Source: a bacterium (GTDB taxonomy: Bacteria > Cyanobacteriota > Vampirovibrionia > Gastranaerophilales > JBAXKC01). From it: a DNA stretch of 47,327 nt. Each line of letters starts with the position of its first letter. The stretch's first letter is position 1. Location of the stretch: NCBI GenBank assembly GCA_037137535.1, contig JBAXKC010000023.1, positions 1 through 47,327 of the forward strand. The letters are read 5' to 3'. The notes beneath the pieces were generated by a model. It was not told the origin of the DNA. It saw only the letters and a program-made list of their open reading frames with translations, and made no database searches. Shown one piece after another: positions 1 through 10,285 of the stretch. The translations under genes and the position numbers were made by a program.

Positions 1-51
1 TACATAGGAGTCACTAAGTTTTAAATAGGGGGATTTTTTGGGGGCATGTCA
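1..51. mobile_element. Probable terminal inverted repeat of an IS (IS3-family-like) extending left beyond the window
   Basis: Minus strand from 51 reads TGACATGCCCCCAAAAAATCCCCCTATTTAAAACTTAG, resembling IS3-family ends (5'-TG start, TGAxxTGCCCCC). It coincides with the abrupt stop of the 49..165 ORF. The partner end and transposase are not visible. Confidence 0.4.
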
Positions 52-165
52 GTTTTGCCAATCAAGATTTTCTTCTCGTACAAGCCAAGTTGTAAAATCA
101 TAAGCTTCGTGATTCCAGGCTTGCCTTAAATCTACTTGTTTTAGTTTTCCAAGTTTAATCGTCAT
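49..165 (-). pseudogene. Truncated N-terminus of a DUF4268-type protein (38 aa)
   Basis: Translated by hand: MTIKLGKLKQVDLRQAWNHEAYDFTTWLVREENLDWQN*. ATG is 1 nt after the hsdR stop. LGKL..VDLR..W.HEA.DFT.WL..EENL matches the N-terminus I recall for DUF4268-containing proteins, which are normally several hundred aa. Confidence 0.65.
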
Positions 166-166
166 C

Positions 167-3100
167 TTATATATCTCGTTCTGCATTTTCTACGTACTCT
201 GGAGAAAGAACCTCTGCCTGTTTTAAGACAAGTTGAATTGCAGCTTCGGTCTTATCTGGAGGATAATCATATTTTTTTAACAAGCGTTTAACTGTAATAC
301 GCATTTTAGCTCTAACGCTTTCTTTGACATTCCAGTCGATTATTTTTATGTTGTTTTGAATTGATTCAACTAGATCTCTGGCTATATGCTTTAATGTTTC
401 ATCTCCAAGCTCGGAGGCACTTTCATTTTGAACTAATGCATCGTAAAACGCCAGCTCATCCTCAACTAACCCTAGATCTTCACCTCTGGAATGAGCGTCT
501 TTCATTTCTTTTGCTAATTCTACAAGTTCAGCAATAATTTTTGCGGCTTCAATTGTTCTGCTTTGATATTTTTTAATTGTCATTGCTAATTTTTCGGCAA
601 ATGATGATTGTTGAACTACATTCTTTTTAAATTTTACTTTTATCTGATCATTTAAAAGTTTTTCCAATAATTCTAATGCAAGGTTTCTTTGCGGAAGCTT
701 TTCAACTTCTGTTAAAAACTCATCGGAAAGAATGGACAATTCAGGGCGTTGCAAGCCTGCCGCACTAAATATATCAATAACTTCATTTGAAGATACCGCT
801 TTTGAAACTAATTGTTTTAATGCTGTATCTAACTCATCTTTACTTTTACCTGTAACTACTGTGTTTTTTCTAATATTTGCACTTATCAATTGGAAAAATG
901 CAACTTCATCTCTAACATCGATAGTTTCAGGTTGTGGAACTGCAAGAGCGAATGCTTTTGACAATTCTGTAATTGCCTGTAAATAGCGTTCTTTTCCTTT
1001 ATCAAGACCAAGTATATGATCCATTGCAAAGATTGAACCGGACATCTGAACGTTAATATTTTCTTTTATATATTTGAAATAATCAAAGCCGTGAAGTAAA
1101 TCTTTAACAATTTCATACTTTTCAAGCATAACTGCTACTGCTTCTCGTTGATCAATACCTGCAATATTACGAGAACCCTCGGTATAATGAGATAAAGCCT
1201 TTTTTAGGTCTTCTGCAATTCCTAAATAATCAACAATAAGACCGCCTTCTTTGTCTTTGAATACTCTATTAACCCTTGCTATTGCTTGCATAAGGTTATG
1301 ACCACCCATAGGTTTATCAACATACATTGTATGTAAACAAGGAGCATCAAAGCCTGTTAGCCACATATCACGAACTATTATTAGTTTTAATTTGTCTTTA
1401 GGATTTTTAACACGCTTTTTGATATCTTCTTGTCTTGCTTTTCCTCTTATGTGTGGCTGAAATTTTTGAGGATCACTTGCAGAACCTGTCATTACAACTT
1501 TTATTGAACCTTCTTCATCTTTTTCATCGTGCCAGTCAGGACGAAGTTTTATAATTTCATTGTATAAATCAACACATATACGGCGACTCATACAAACAAT
1601 CATACCTTTGCCATCCATTGCTTCTGTTCGTTTTTCAAAATGTTCTACAATATCGTTAGCAATAAGAGAAAGTCGTTCCTCTGTTCCAACGGCTGCTTCT
1701 AGCCTTGACCATTTGCTTTTAAGTTTTTCTTTGTCGGATGATTCTTGGTCTTCTGTTATTTCTTCAAATTCTGTATCTAAAATATTTGACTCTTCCGCTC
1801 CAAGGTCAATTTTAGCCAAACGTGCTTCATAATAAATTTTTACTGTTGCACCGTCTTCAACGGCTCTTTCGATGTCATAAATATCAATATAATTACCGAA
1901 TACGGCTTGAGTGCTTTTATCTGTAAAATCAATCGGAGTTCCTGTAAAACCTATAAAAGAAGCATTAGGCAATCCATCTCTCATATGACGGGCAAATCCG
2001 TCTAAAAAGTCGTATTGGCTTCTATGAGCTTCATCGGTAATAACAACTATATTTCGTCTGTCTGATAATAAGCAGTAATCTCCGCCTTTAATTTCAGGGG
2101 CGAATTTTTGAATAGTTGTAAAAATAATTCCGCCTGAAGCTTTGTTTTGAAGAATTGTCTTTAAATCTTCTCGGGTTTCGGCTTGAACAGGTATTGTTCT
2201 TAATAAATCGGAAGAAAGTGAAAATGTATCAAAAAGCTGACTATCAAGATCATTTCTATCTGTCAGAATAATTAAAGTAGGATTTTCCATTTCGGGCTGT
2301 TTAACAAGTTTTCCTGAATAAAAAACCATTGATAAACTCTTGCCCGACCCTTGAGTATGCCAAATAACCCCTGCTCTTTTATCCCCTTGAGAGCCTGAAG
2401 CTTCAACAGTTTTTTTAATAGCTTTATTAACAGCGTGATACTGATGATATCCTGCGATTTTCTTGACTATGCTTTCACCGTCAACTTCATAGACAATAAA
2501 GTTTTGAATAAGGTCTAGCAGTCTGGTTTTATCAAACACTCCTTTTATCATTGCTTCAAGTTCAGGCATTCCTTTTGGAATAATGTCTGTTCCGTCAATT
2601 GTTCGCCAAGGCATAAAGCGTTCAAAATTTGCGGTTAAAGAACCCACTTTTCCGAATAAGCCGTCAGAAGCCAACAATAATTGATTATATGTAAATAAAG
2701 ACGGTATTTGAGCTTTATAGGTTTGAAGTTGATTAAATGCCTTTGCAATATCAGCATTTGCATCAGACGGATTTTTTAATTCAATAACTACAAACGGCAA
2801 ACCGTTAATAAATAAAATTATATCGGGTCTTCTATTATTTTTATTTTCAATAATTGTAAATTGATTAACCGCTAAAAACTCGTTATTATCAGGATTTGTA
2901 AAATCAACAGCCCAAACTTTGCCAAATCGGCTATTGTTTTCTTTGTCCCTGTATTCAACATCAATTCCTTCTGTTAAATATTTATGAAAAGTTCTGTTAT
3001 TCACAATCATACTAGGACTTTGAGGTATTGTTATTTTTCTGAATGCTTCTTGTATTGCATCATCGGGCATAGTTGGATTTATGCGGTAAAGGGAATCTTT

Positions 3101-3253
3101 AAGCCTATCATTTAAAACAACGTCAAAATAGCTCTCACGTTCAGAGTTTTCTCCGTCCGGTGCAATCTCAAGACCGTTTTTATAGTCATATCCCAGAGTT
3201 TGTAAAAGCTCTATTGTTGCTATCTCTAGTGCTGTTTCATTAATATTAATCAT
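167..3253 (-). CDS. hsdR: Type I restriction endonuclease subunit R
   Basis: 1028 aa; nuclease motif [20 protein letters not shown], Walker [13 protein letters not shown] box [28 protein letters not shown]. Confidence 0.97.
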   Translation of the reverse strand: MININETALEIATIELLQTLGYDYKNGLEIAPDGENSERESYFDVVLNDRLKDSLYRINPTMPDDAIQEAFRKITIPQSPSMIVNNRTFHKYLTEGIDVEYRDKENNSRFGKVWAVDFTNPDNNEFLAVNQFTIIENKNNRRPDIILFINGLPFVVIELKNPSDANADIAKAFNQLQTYKAQIPSLFTYNQLLLASDGLFGKVGSLTANFERFMPWRTIDGTDIIPKGMPELEAMIKGVFDKTRLLDLIQNFIVYEVDGESIVKKIAGYHQYHAVNKAIKKTVEASGSQGDKRAGVIWHTQGSGKSLSMVFYSGKLVKQPEMENPTLIILTDRNDLDSQLFDTFSLSSDLLRTIPVQAETREDLKTILQNKASGGIIFTTIQKFAPEIKGGDYCLLSDRRNIVVITDEAHRSQYDFLDGFARHMRDGLPNASFIGFTGTPIDFTDKSTQAVFGNYIDIYDIERAVEDGATVKIYYEARLAKIDLGAEESNILDTEFEEITEDQESSDKEKLKSKWSRLEAAVGTEERLSLIANDIVEHFEKRTEAMDGKGMIVCMSRRICVDLYNEIIKLRPDWHDEKDEEGSIKVVMTGSASDPQKFQPHIRGKARQEDIKKRVKNPKDKLKLIIVRDMWLTGFDAPCLHTMYVDKPMGGHNLMQAIARVNRVFKDKEGGLIVDYLGIAEDLKKALSHYTEGSRNIAGIDQREAVAVMLEKYEIVKDLLHGFDYFKYIKENINVQMSGSIFAMDHILGLDKGKERYLQAITELSKAFALAVPQPETIDVRDEVAFFQLISANIRKNTVVTGKSKDELDTALKQLVSKAVSSNEVIDIFSAAGLQRPELSILSDEFLTEVEKLPQRNLALELLEKLLNDQIKVKFKKNVVQQSSFAEKLAMTIKKYQSRTIEAAKIIAELVELAKEMKDAHSRGEDLGLVEDELAFYDALVQNESASELGDETLKHIARDLVESIQNNIKIIDWNVKESVRAKMRITVKRLLKKYDYPPDKTEAAIQLVLKQAEVLSPEYVENAERDI

Positions 3254-4382
3254 ACTTATTAACTAATCCCTCATTTTCAAGACTCTTTATAATTCCTCTT
3301 AATATACTGCTGTTAAATAAATTAATTAAATATTTTCTACTATTAGCTTTCTCTCTTTGTAAAAGCTCTTCTTTTATCATTTTATTGATATAAGTATTTA
3401 ATTGTCTATCATTTTTATCTTTTAATATTACTTTTATATCTTTAATCATTATTAAATTATCTGTTTTTCTTAAAGATAACTCTAAAATTTTCTTTTCGTC
3501 ATTTGAAATTCTTCCTTTTTTCAATGAAGAATTTAATGCAGGAGTTAGAATTTTAGTTATGAAGAATTCTTTATCTAATAGTTTTTGAATTTTTTTTATT
3601 TCTAAAATAAGTCCACTTAAAACGTATTCACACCAATAAAGAAGATCCTCATCATTTCCGCTGTCCGCTTTTTCCAGATTATCAAAATATTTGCTTCTAT
3701 CAATGCAAAATATTGCTGATAAGTTCATTAAATCAGACATTCTATAGCCATATTGCCTTAACATAAAGTAGGTTAAAAGCCTTGACATACGACCGTTACC
3801 ATTATCAAAAGGATGAATCCAAGTAAATCTATGATGGGCAACAGCAATTTTTAAAGGTTTATTTTGAGTCTTTGTATCTTCGTTAATCCAGGCTATAAGT
3901 TCGTCCATATATTCTTGAACCATTATAGCCATTGGTGGAATATGATTGGCGTTTAATATTTTAACTTCGTTTTTTCTGTAATTACCAGGGGTTCTGCTTC
4001 CCTCACAGGTTAATCCTTGAGTAAGTATAGTATGTAATTCTTTTATTAAAACAGAAGTGATTTTTGTCTTTTTATCACTATGGAATACTTCGTCAATATA
4101 TTTTATGGCATTCTCAATATTGTCTATTTCTTCAATGCTTTGGTTTTTTGTATTATCAAATTTTGCTTCTACATAATCATCAAAAGTTGTTCTATTGCCT
4201 TCTATTCTTGCAGATTGTAAACTTTCAATCATATGAAAGATATCTTTTAATTGAAAAAATAAACAAGGATGAACCTCAAGATAGGGTCTTTCTCCTCTTA
4301 AAACTTCTAATCCTACTATCAGTTCTGTTATATTACTGTCAAAAGAAGGGGTTGGTATTGTTAAAGGAAAATATTCCGACAT
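3246..4382 (-). CDS. Fic family protein (intact catalytic motif, probable C-terminal winged helix)
   Basis: [12 protein letters not shown]ic motif; N-terminal SARIEGN inhibitory-helix motif; stop overlaps the hsdR start by 8 nt. Confidence 0.92.
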   Translation of the reverse strand: MSEYFPLTIPTPSFDSNITELIVGLEVLRGERPYLEVHPCLFFQLKDIFHMIESLQSARIEGNRTTFDDYVEAKFDNTKNQSIEEIDNIENAIKYIDEVFHSDKKTKITSVLIKELHTILTQGLTCEGSRTPGNYRKNEVKILNANHIPPMAIMVQEYMDELIAWINEDTKTQNKPLKIAVAHHRFTWIHPFDNGNGRMSRLLTYFMLRQYGYRMSDLMNLSAIFCIDRSKYFDNLEKADSGNDEDLLYWCEYVLSGLILEIKKIQKLLDKEFFITKILTPALNSSLKKGRISNDEKKILELSLRKTDNLIMIKDIKVILKDKNDRQLNTYINKMIKEELLQREKANSRKYLINLFNSSILRGIIKSLENEGLVNKYD

Positions 4383-4400
4383 TTTATTTTACCATCTTGA

Positions 4401-4545
4401 TTTAATTATCTACATTAAGTTAATTAATTAACTACATTTGGATAATTTATTATCTACACAATATCCTTATAAAGTCAAACATATCAAAGGTTTTATCTTA
4501 AGCCCTGATGAAAAATATCTACATTATTAATAATTAATAAGTACA
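4401..4545. promoter_or_regulatory. Repeated and palindromic motifs upstream of fic-hsdR (candidate operator/promoter)
   Basis: TATCTACA at 4407, 4451 and 4516; perfect 16-bp palindrome AGTTAATTAATTAACT at 4418-4433. The region is very AT-rich. Confidence 0.4.
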
Positions 4546-4557
4546 AAAATCCAAACT

Positions 4558-6117
4558 TCACACCACACCCTCCAATATTTTCTCCGCCTCTCCAACCCTA
4601 ATTTCTCCCGAAATAAGTTTTGGAAGGAGTGAATCTCTTATGGTTGATAGCGTTTGGATTTTTAAATTGTTTTGTTCAATTAAAATATTAAAATCTTTAA
4701 ATAAATAATTTATTTTATCCATTAAAAGATAATTTGGTACTATTATTTTATAATTTTTTAATATATCTGTTTTTAGGTTTGTAAATACACTTCCACTTCC
4801 ATATGAAACAATTTTTTCTCTATTAAATAATAAATAATAATATAATAGTTCTTTGGTTATATTTTTATAATCACTAAAATACAACCAACCATCGTGTATA
4901 CAAGAATCAATTGATAAAAATTTAGGAATACCAGGTGTTGCACTATTTGATAAAATTAATGAGCCAGCTTTTATAAACCTTGTTTTATTAAGACCTTCTT
5001 TTTTTATACATTGATCTATTTTGTTTATAAACTTTGTAGAACTCGAGGTTGCATCAGAAATTTTTAACCAAGGTAATCCATCATCGCACAAAAAGTCATG
5101 AATAGGTCGTGGAGAACCTCCTCTTACAATTGTAGCCAATTCTTCAATTTTCTCTACCTTCCACCCCAACGGAATATCCCCCAACTCCGACTCTACAAAG
5201 CTATCAGGGAAGAGGTCGAGGATTTCTTGAGATAATCCTTTGATGGTTCGCCCATCGGCTTTAGCTTTTACTAGGTCAAAGTCCATAAACCAACTCTTAA
5301 AAACAGCCTGAGCCATATCTTCAAGGGTTTTGTTCATTTTGCGGTTGAGTTCGATTTTGTCGTCAAGAGCTCCGAGGATTTCGGCTATAGCTTTTTGTTC
5401 GGGTAGGGGGGGGATTTTAATTTTAATGCTATGTGCATAATCTCTATTTAGACCTGGCACCGCACTATCATTATTTATTTTCAGAGGTACTGTCTTTAAA
5501 AGATAATAGGTATAAAGTAAATTTCTTTTCTGTGGTTCATCTTCTATATAAAAAGATGTATCAATGGGATAAAAAGGTTCTTTTGAAAGATTAATACTAC
5601 CAATAGTCCCTTTTCTACCTATAATAATTCCTGAATTATCAACATAAGCCTTAGTATGTCTGCCAACAACCCCATTTGATCCATAAACAGGAACTTTTCC
5701 CTTTTTATCTCTATCTCTTTCAGGCAAACCTTTGCCATAAATAAAAGGGCTAAATTCACCCAATCTATATTCTGTCCACTCACTCGGAATATTTTTTTCA
5801 GCTTCCACAGATTGCAAAACAACATGCTCTTTTTTTATATTGTCATGAAACTGTTCCGGTACTTCATCCCATATAAATAAGTCTACCCTAAAAGGTAAGC
5901 TGCTTTCCTCAAAAGCTTCTTTTAAATTTGAAGCAGCTATTTTTTCTTCTTTAGATGCAAAAACAACCATATCTAAATCAGATTGAGGCTTAGATGTCCA
6001 TTTGACACGAGATCCATAAGCCCAAACTTCCGTATTAGGAATATATCTTTTTAGTAAATCTTTTATAATTTTTTGATAGTTAATGTCAACATCAATCTTT
6101 TTTGAAACATTGGTCAT
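4558..6117 (-). CDS. hsdS: Type I RM specificity subunit S with an N-terminal minimal nucleotidyltransferase (MNT) domain
   Basis: aa ~1-105: VWAYGSRVKWTSKPQSDLD (GSx10DxD) and LPFRVDL, typical of MNT. The remainder has two TRDs with conserved HsdS segments PPLPEQKAIAEILGALDDKIELN, ELGDIPLGWKV and LSTIRDSLLPKLISGEIRV. Confidence 0.93.
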   Translation of the reverse strand: MTNVSKKIDVDINYQKIIKDLLKRYIPNTEVWAYGSRVKWTSKPQSDLDMVVFASKEEKIAASNLKEAFEESSLPFRVDLFIWDEVPEQFHDNIKKEHVVLQSVEAEKNIPSEWTEYRLGEFSPFIYGKGLPERDRDKKGKVPVYGSNGVVGRHTKAYVDNSGIIIGRKGTIGSINLSKEPFYPIDTSFYIEDEPQKRNLLYTYYLLKTVPLKINNDSAVPGLNRDYAHSIKIKIPPLPEQKAIAEILGALDDKIELNRKMNKTLEDMAQAVFKSWFMDFDLVKAKADGRTIKGLSQEILDLFPDSFVESELGDIPLGWKVEKIEELATIVRGGSPRPIHDFLCDDGLPWLKISDATSSSTKFINKIDQCIKKEGLNKTRFIKAGSLILSNSATPGIPKFLSIDSCIHDGWLYFSDYKNITKELLYYYLLFNREKIVSYGSGSVFTNLKTDILKNYKIIVPNYLLMDKINYLFKDFNILIEQNNLKIQTLSTIRDSLLPKLISGEIRVGEAEKILEGVV

Positions 6118-6533
6118 TATTCCCAGCTTTCTCCACTTATTGTTTGATAAAGACCAATTGCATCATCAATAAAATCACCCATAAGCTCTAAAGCCGCTTG
6201 TGCTTTTTCTCCGCTATAATCGTGAGAAGTTCCAATTCTTGCATTTGCATAAGTTATCCATTGTTCTTCAGAAGAAGCAAATAAATTATTTTCAAAAGAA
6301 ATTCTAAATATAGGTTTAGGGCTATTAGGAACTTCAGGAAGCCCTAGTTCTTCGGTCAGGTATCTTTTAAGGATTTTCCACATACAATCATAACAAGTTT
6401 CAAAACGTTGAATAACAGATTCTTTTACAGCTTCTTCCATTAACTCTTCTAAATCTTCTCTAAGATTTTTATAATTTTCATATTGTAATTCAAGGTGTTT
6501 CAAAGCTCTTTTAAATTTATCGTATTCAATCAT
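6117..6533 (-). CDS. HEPN domain protein (HI0074-type 'nucleotidyltransferase substrate-binding' family), putative RNase toxin
   Basis: 138 aa, helical; ESVIQRFETCYDCMWK segment and R99-IGTS-H104-D-Y106 (Rx4HxY); stop overlaps the MNT-HsdS start (TAATG). Confidence 0.9.
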   Translation of the reverse strand: MIEYDKFKRALKHLELQYENYKNLREDLEELMEEAVKESVIQRFETCYDCMWKILKRYLTEELGLPEVPNSPKPIFRISFENNLFASSEEQWITYANARIGTSHDYSGEKAQAALELMGDFIDDAIGLYQTISGESWE

Positions 6534-6910
6534 TGTTTTACCTCATATCCTATTTCAAAGAGATTACATTTAATTTTTTCTTTTAATGCTTGATTTGCCC
6601 ATACTCTAAATTGAGTACCACGCAAGGATTTTACCCTGTAACCGACAGCAATAATATCGTCAAGATTATAATCTTTTACATCATAGTCTTTGTTATCTGT
6701 TGCAGTTATCCGGAATTTCCGGATGACTGAATCTTCAATTAATTCGCCTTCTTCAAAGATATTCTTCAGATGTTCGTTAATAGTTCTTACATCTTTTTGA
6801 AAAAGCGCTGAAATCTGTTTTTGTGACAACCAAGCCGTTTTATCTTCAATCTTTAGCTCAATTTTTGTTTTACCGTCTTCGGCTTGATAAATTATAATTT
6901 CGTTGTCCAT
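6530..6910 (-). pseudogene. rhuM: Truncated RhuM-family protein (N-terminal 126 aa, chimeric C-terminus)
   Basis: IIIYQAEDGKTKIE...WLSQKQISALFQKDVRTINEHLKNIFEEGEL...YNLDDIIAVGYRVKSLRGTQFRVWA is the RhuM N-terminus. Family members are usually ~330 aa. The last 16 residues resemble an HsdM C-terminus. The ORF may still be translated. Confidence 0.75.
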
Positions 6911-8466
6911 TACTTTACCATATAACCAATATGAGCGAGATTCTGTTTAATTCTTTCTTCCAATTCGTCAGATTGTTTAAATTGTTCTGATAATTGTTCA
7001 GCAAGTCTTGCCATTTTTTCTTCAAACGGTTCGCCGTCTTCTTCTTGCTCTTCAACTCCGACATAACGCCCAGGAGTCAGTACAAAATTATGTTTTTCAA
7101 TATCTTCTTTTGTCGCTGATTTACAAAAACCTGCTATATCTTGATATTTCGTTTCGTATTCATCACATTTCCAGTTATGATAGGTTTCGGCTATTTTTTT
7201 GATGTCTTCTTCCGTTAATTCTCTGTGAACTCTATCAACAAGAGTTCCCATTTTACGAGCATCAATAAATAAAGTTTCGCCTTCTCTATTTCTGAATTTT
7301 CCATCACCCGGAATATATCGAGCTTCTTTGTTTCGAGTTAAAAACCATAAACAAACAGGGATTTGTGTCGTATAAAATAATTGCCCCGGTAAAGCTACCA
7401 TACAATCTACAAGATCGTGCTCAACAAGGTTTTGTCTTATAACCCCTTCATTCGATGTATTAGAGCTCATAGAACCATTTGCAAGAACAAAACCTGCTGT
7501 TCCTGTCGGTGCTAAGTGATGAACAAAATGCTGAATCCAAGCATAGTTTGCATTTCCTGTCGGAGGCGTACCGTATTTCCAACGAATGTCTTCTTTAAGA
7601 TGTTCACCGCCCCAATCGCTAATATTGAATGGAGGATTTGCAATTATATAATCGGCTTTTAAATCTTTATGCAGGTCCCTACTGAATGAATCAGCATTTA
7701 CGCTGCCAATATTTGCTTCAATTCCTCTAATGGCAAGGTTCATTCTGCAAAGTTGCCAAGTTGTTGGATTTGATTCTTGCCCAAAAACAGATATATCGTT
7801 TAATCTTCCGCTATGCTCCAAAACAAAGTTTTCGCTTTGTACAAACATACCGCCCGAACCGCAGCAAGGGTCATAAACTCTGCCTTTGTAGGGCTCAAGC
7901 ATTTGTACAAGAAGTTTAACTATACATTGAGGAGTATAAAATTCTCCACCGTTCTTGCCTTCAGCAGCAGCGAATTTTCCTAAAAAGTATTCATAAACTC
8001 TGCCGAGAACGTCTTTTGATTTGTTTTCTTTATCAATAAGGCTTATTGAACCAATAAGATCAATAAGTTCACCCAATCTTCTTTTATCAAGAGTAGGTCT
8101 TGAATAATCTTTTCTTAATACACCTTTAAGTGTCGAGTTTTCTTTTTCAATTGAAATCATTGCGTTATCAATTAATTGTCCGATAGTGGATTGTTTGGCA
8201 TTGGCTTGTAATTCTTTCCAACGAGCTTCTTTAGGCACCCAGAAAATGTTTTCAGCTAAGTATTCGTCCTTGTCTTCTGCATAGTCAGCATCTTCTGCGA
8301 ATAATTGGTCATATTTTTCTTGAAAAGCATCAGAAATATATTTTAAAAAGATAAGCCCTAATACAACGTGCTTATATTCTCCAGCATCCATATTATTACG
8401 CATTTTATCCGCTGCTAGCCAAAGTTTATCTTCAAAGCCGCTATTAGCCCCTGTCGCCTGTGCCAT
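6910..8466 (-). CDS. hsdM: Type I RM N6-adenine methyltransferase subunit M
   Basis: 518 aa; GGEFYTP, motif [12 protein letters not shown], motif [18 protein letters not shown]. Confidence 0.97.
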   Translation of the reverse strand: MAQATGANSGFEDKLWLAADKMRNNMDAGEYKHVVLGLIFLKYISDAFQEKYDQLFAEDADYAEDKDEYLAENIFWVPKEARWKELQANAKQSTIGQLIDNAMISIEKENSTLKGVLRKDYSRPTLDKRRLGELIDLIGSISLIDKENKSKDVLGRVYEYFLGKFAAAEGKNGGEFYTPQCIVKLLVQMLEPYKGRVYDPCCGSGGMFVQSENFVLEHSGRLNDISVFGQESNPTTWQLCRMNLAIRGIEANIGSVNADSFSRDLHKDLKADYIIANPPFNISDWGGEHLKEDIRWKYGTPPTGNANYAWIQHFVHHLAPTGTAGFVLANGSMSSNTSNEGVIRQNLVEHDLVDCMVALPGQLFYTTQIPVCLWFLTRNKEARYIPGDGKFRNREGETLFIDARKMGTLVDRVHRELTEEDIKKIAETYHNWKCDEYETKYQDIAGFCKSATKEDIEKHNFVLTPGRYVGVEEQEEDGEPFEEKMARLAEQLSEQFKQSDELEERIKQNLAHIGYMVK

Positions 8467-8608
8467 ATTTCCACCTATTTTTATCTTTTCAGTTAAATTG
8501 ATTGTAGCAAAAAATAGTATATTTTATAGCATCTTGTTATATTAAATTTGACATATGCAACTAAATCTTGTTTTAGGATTCAATCAGTAATTGATGAAAT
8601 TTCGAATC

Positions 8609-9718
8609 TTATTCTCTGAAAATATTCAAATAATCTGCAAAAACAAAATACCTATTACGCTTAAACCCTGTTTTTTCTTTTAATATTCCGACCTCTACAA
8701 AATCTTTGACCAATTTATTACTGGCAGGAACAGAAATATCAAACGCTTTGCATACATCTTTTACGCTCAGTGTTGGCTTTGAATAAAGCAAGTTTAAAAA
8801 TTCAAAGCGTCGTTGGGATTTGTGCCTTATTGATTTAATTTTTACTTCGCAATCTTTTCTCAATTCAGTAAGTTTATTAAAAGTGCTAATACTACTTTGA
8901 GCAGTATCAATAACGCCTTTTAGAAAGGACTTTAGCCATTGTTCCAAATTATTAGAAGTTTTAACTAATGACAATGCATCATAATACGAACTTCTGTGCT
9001 TTTCAAAGAAGTCTGAAATATACAGGACAGGCTTATTTAACATTTTTCTTTCAACAAGATAAAGAATAATCAAAAGCCTTCCCACTCTGCCGTTGCCATC
9101 TAAAAATGGGTGTATCGTTTCAAATTGATAATGAGCGATACCAGCTTTAATTAAATTTGGAATTAATAAGTTGTCATTATGCAAAAACTTTTCTAAATCG
9201 GTTAAAAGTTCTGGCAAATCCGGTTGGCTCTGGTGGTATAAAATAAGCATCTTGCAGCCAATCCAGTTTACTTCACCAGGGCACTTGTTTTTGCCTCGTA
9301 CTCCTTGCATCAAAATATTATGAGAATCTTTTAATAGCCTTATTGATAAGGGTAATTTTTCTAATCCTTGAATTGTAGAGTTTAAAGCTAAAATATAATT
9401 TTGTACTTCCTGCCAATCGTATACACGTTCTGGAGAAATGTTGTCTTGAGATGATACAGCTTCATCAAAAGTAGTTTTAGTGCCTTCAATTCGGTTTGAT
9501 TTAGTTGCCTCTTTGATTGCATACATTTGAATAAAAAAATCAATATCAGGAATTAAATCAGAATAAGCCTTTAGTTTACCTATGCAAAAATTGGCATCTT
9601 GCAACAGCATATCAATTTAAGGAGTTTTTCACTCAAATTCAGTGTTAATCAATTAAGGAGTAAAAGGTTTGTACCCTTTATGAAGTTTGTATTCACTTGC
9701 TTTATATTGATTTGGCAT
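8609..9718 (-). pseudogene. Decayed Fic family gene (the annotated ORF 8609..9610 is the surviving part)
   Basis: HPFLDGNGRVGR motif and SNRIEGT present. An in-frame upstream ATG at 9718 (RBS-like AAGGGA) reads MPNQYKASEYKLHKGYKPFTP*LINTEFE*KTP*ID-MLLQ, with three stops. The family-like LQDAYFIPP segment is out of frame near 9225-9257. Confidence 0.8.
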
Positions 9719-9823
9719 TTTTTAAATTTCCCTTATTGGCAAAAACTTAATTATAAAATTATATAGTTAAGTTTTTGAATTCAAACTTAATTATGGAATA
9801 TTTGAAGTTAAGAAGCCATCTGG

Positions 9824-10285
9824 TTAAAAACATTTTTTAAGCGTAACTCTTATCATAGCTATTCGTACGATATTTTCTGCGGTTAAAGTCAATATTTCAT
9901 AGTCTTTTGAGGCTCTCCTGAAATTATTTATCCATGCAAAAGTTCTTTCAACTATCCATCTTTTAGGCAGAATCGCAAATGTATCTTTAATTTTCTTTGA
10001 TATATCAATCATTAGCTCAAGTGTGTTTTCTACATAATCTTTAGATGTGCCTCTATATCCTGCGTCTGCTGAAAATGCTAATATTGATGGGTATTTATCG
10101 GATATTGCCTGAAATATATTACAGCCTGCTTTTGTATCGTGAATATTTGCTGCATGGACTTGTACGTGTAATAAATTGCCCAAAATATCAACCACAATAT
10201 GTCGTTTTCTTCCTTTTACTTTTTTTTCCTCCGTCAATACCTCTTTCTCTACTATCATAGATGGTTTTAACACTTTGGGAATCAA
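9824..10285 (-). CDS. IS5-family transposase, C-terminal frame
   Basis: KKVKGRKRHIVVD, ADAGY, KRWIVERTFAW motifs; stop lies inside the terminal IR; the real reading joins from the upstream frame at the A8 run 10220-10227. Confidence 0.88.
   Translation of the reverse strand: MIPKVLKPSMIVEKEVLTEEKKVKGRKRHIVVDILGNLLHVQVHAANIHDTKAGCNIFQAISDKYPSILAFSADAGYRGTSKDYVENTLELMIDISKKIKDTFAILPKRWIVERTFAWINNFRRASKDYEILTLTAENIVRIAMIRVTLKKCF

Noticed and set aside
4558-6117. Phase-variable hsdS shufflon
   Set aside because: Only one hsdS, no silent TRD copies, no site-specific recombinase and no long inverted repeats seen in the window.
9617-9655. Alternative genetic code or readthrough explaining the in-frame stops in fic
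   Set aside because: The stops are mixed TAA and TGA, both terminate normal genes in this window, and additional indels indicate decay.
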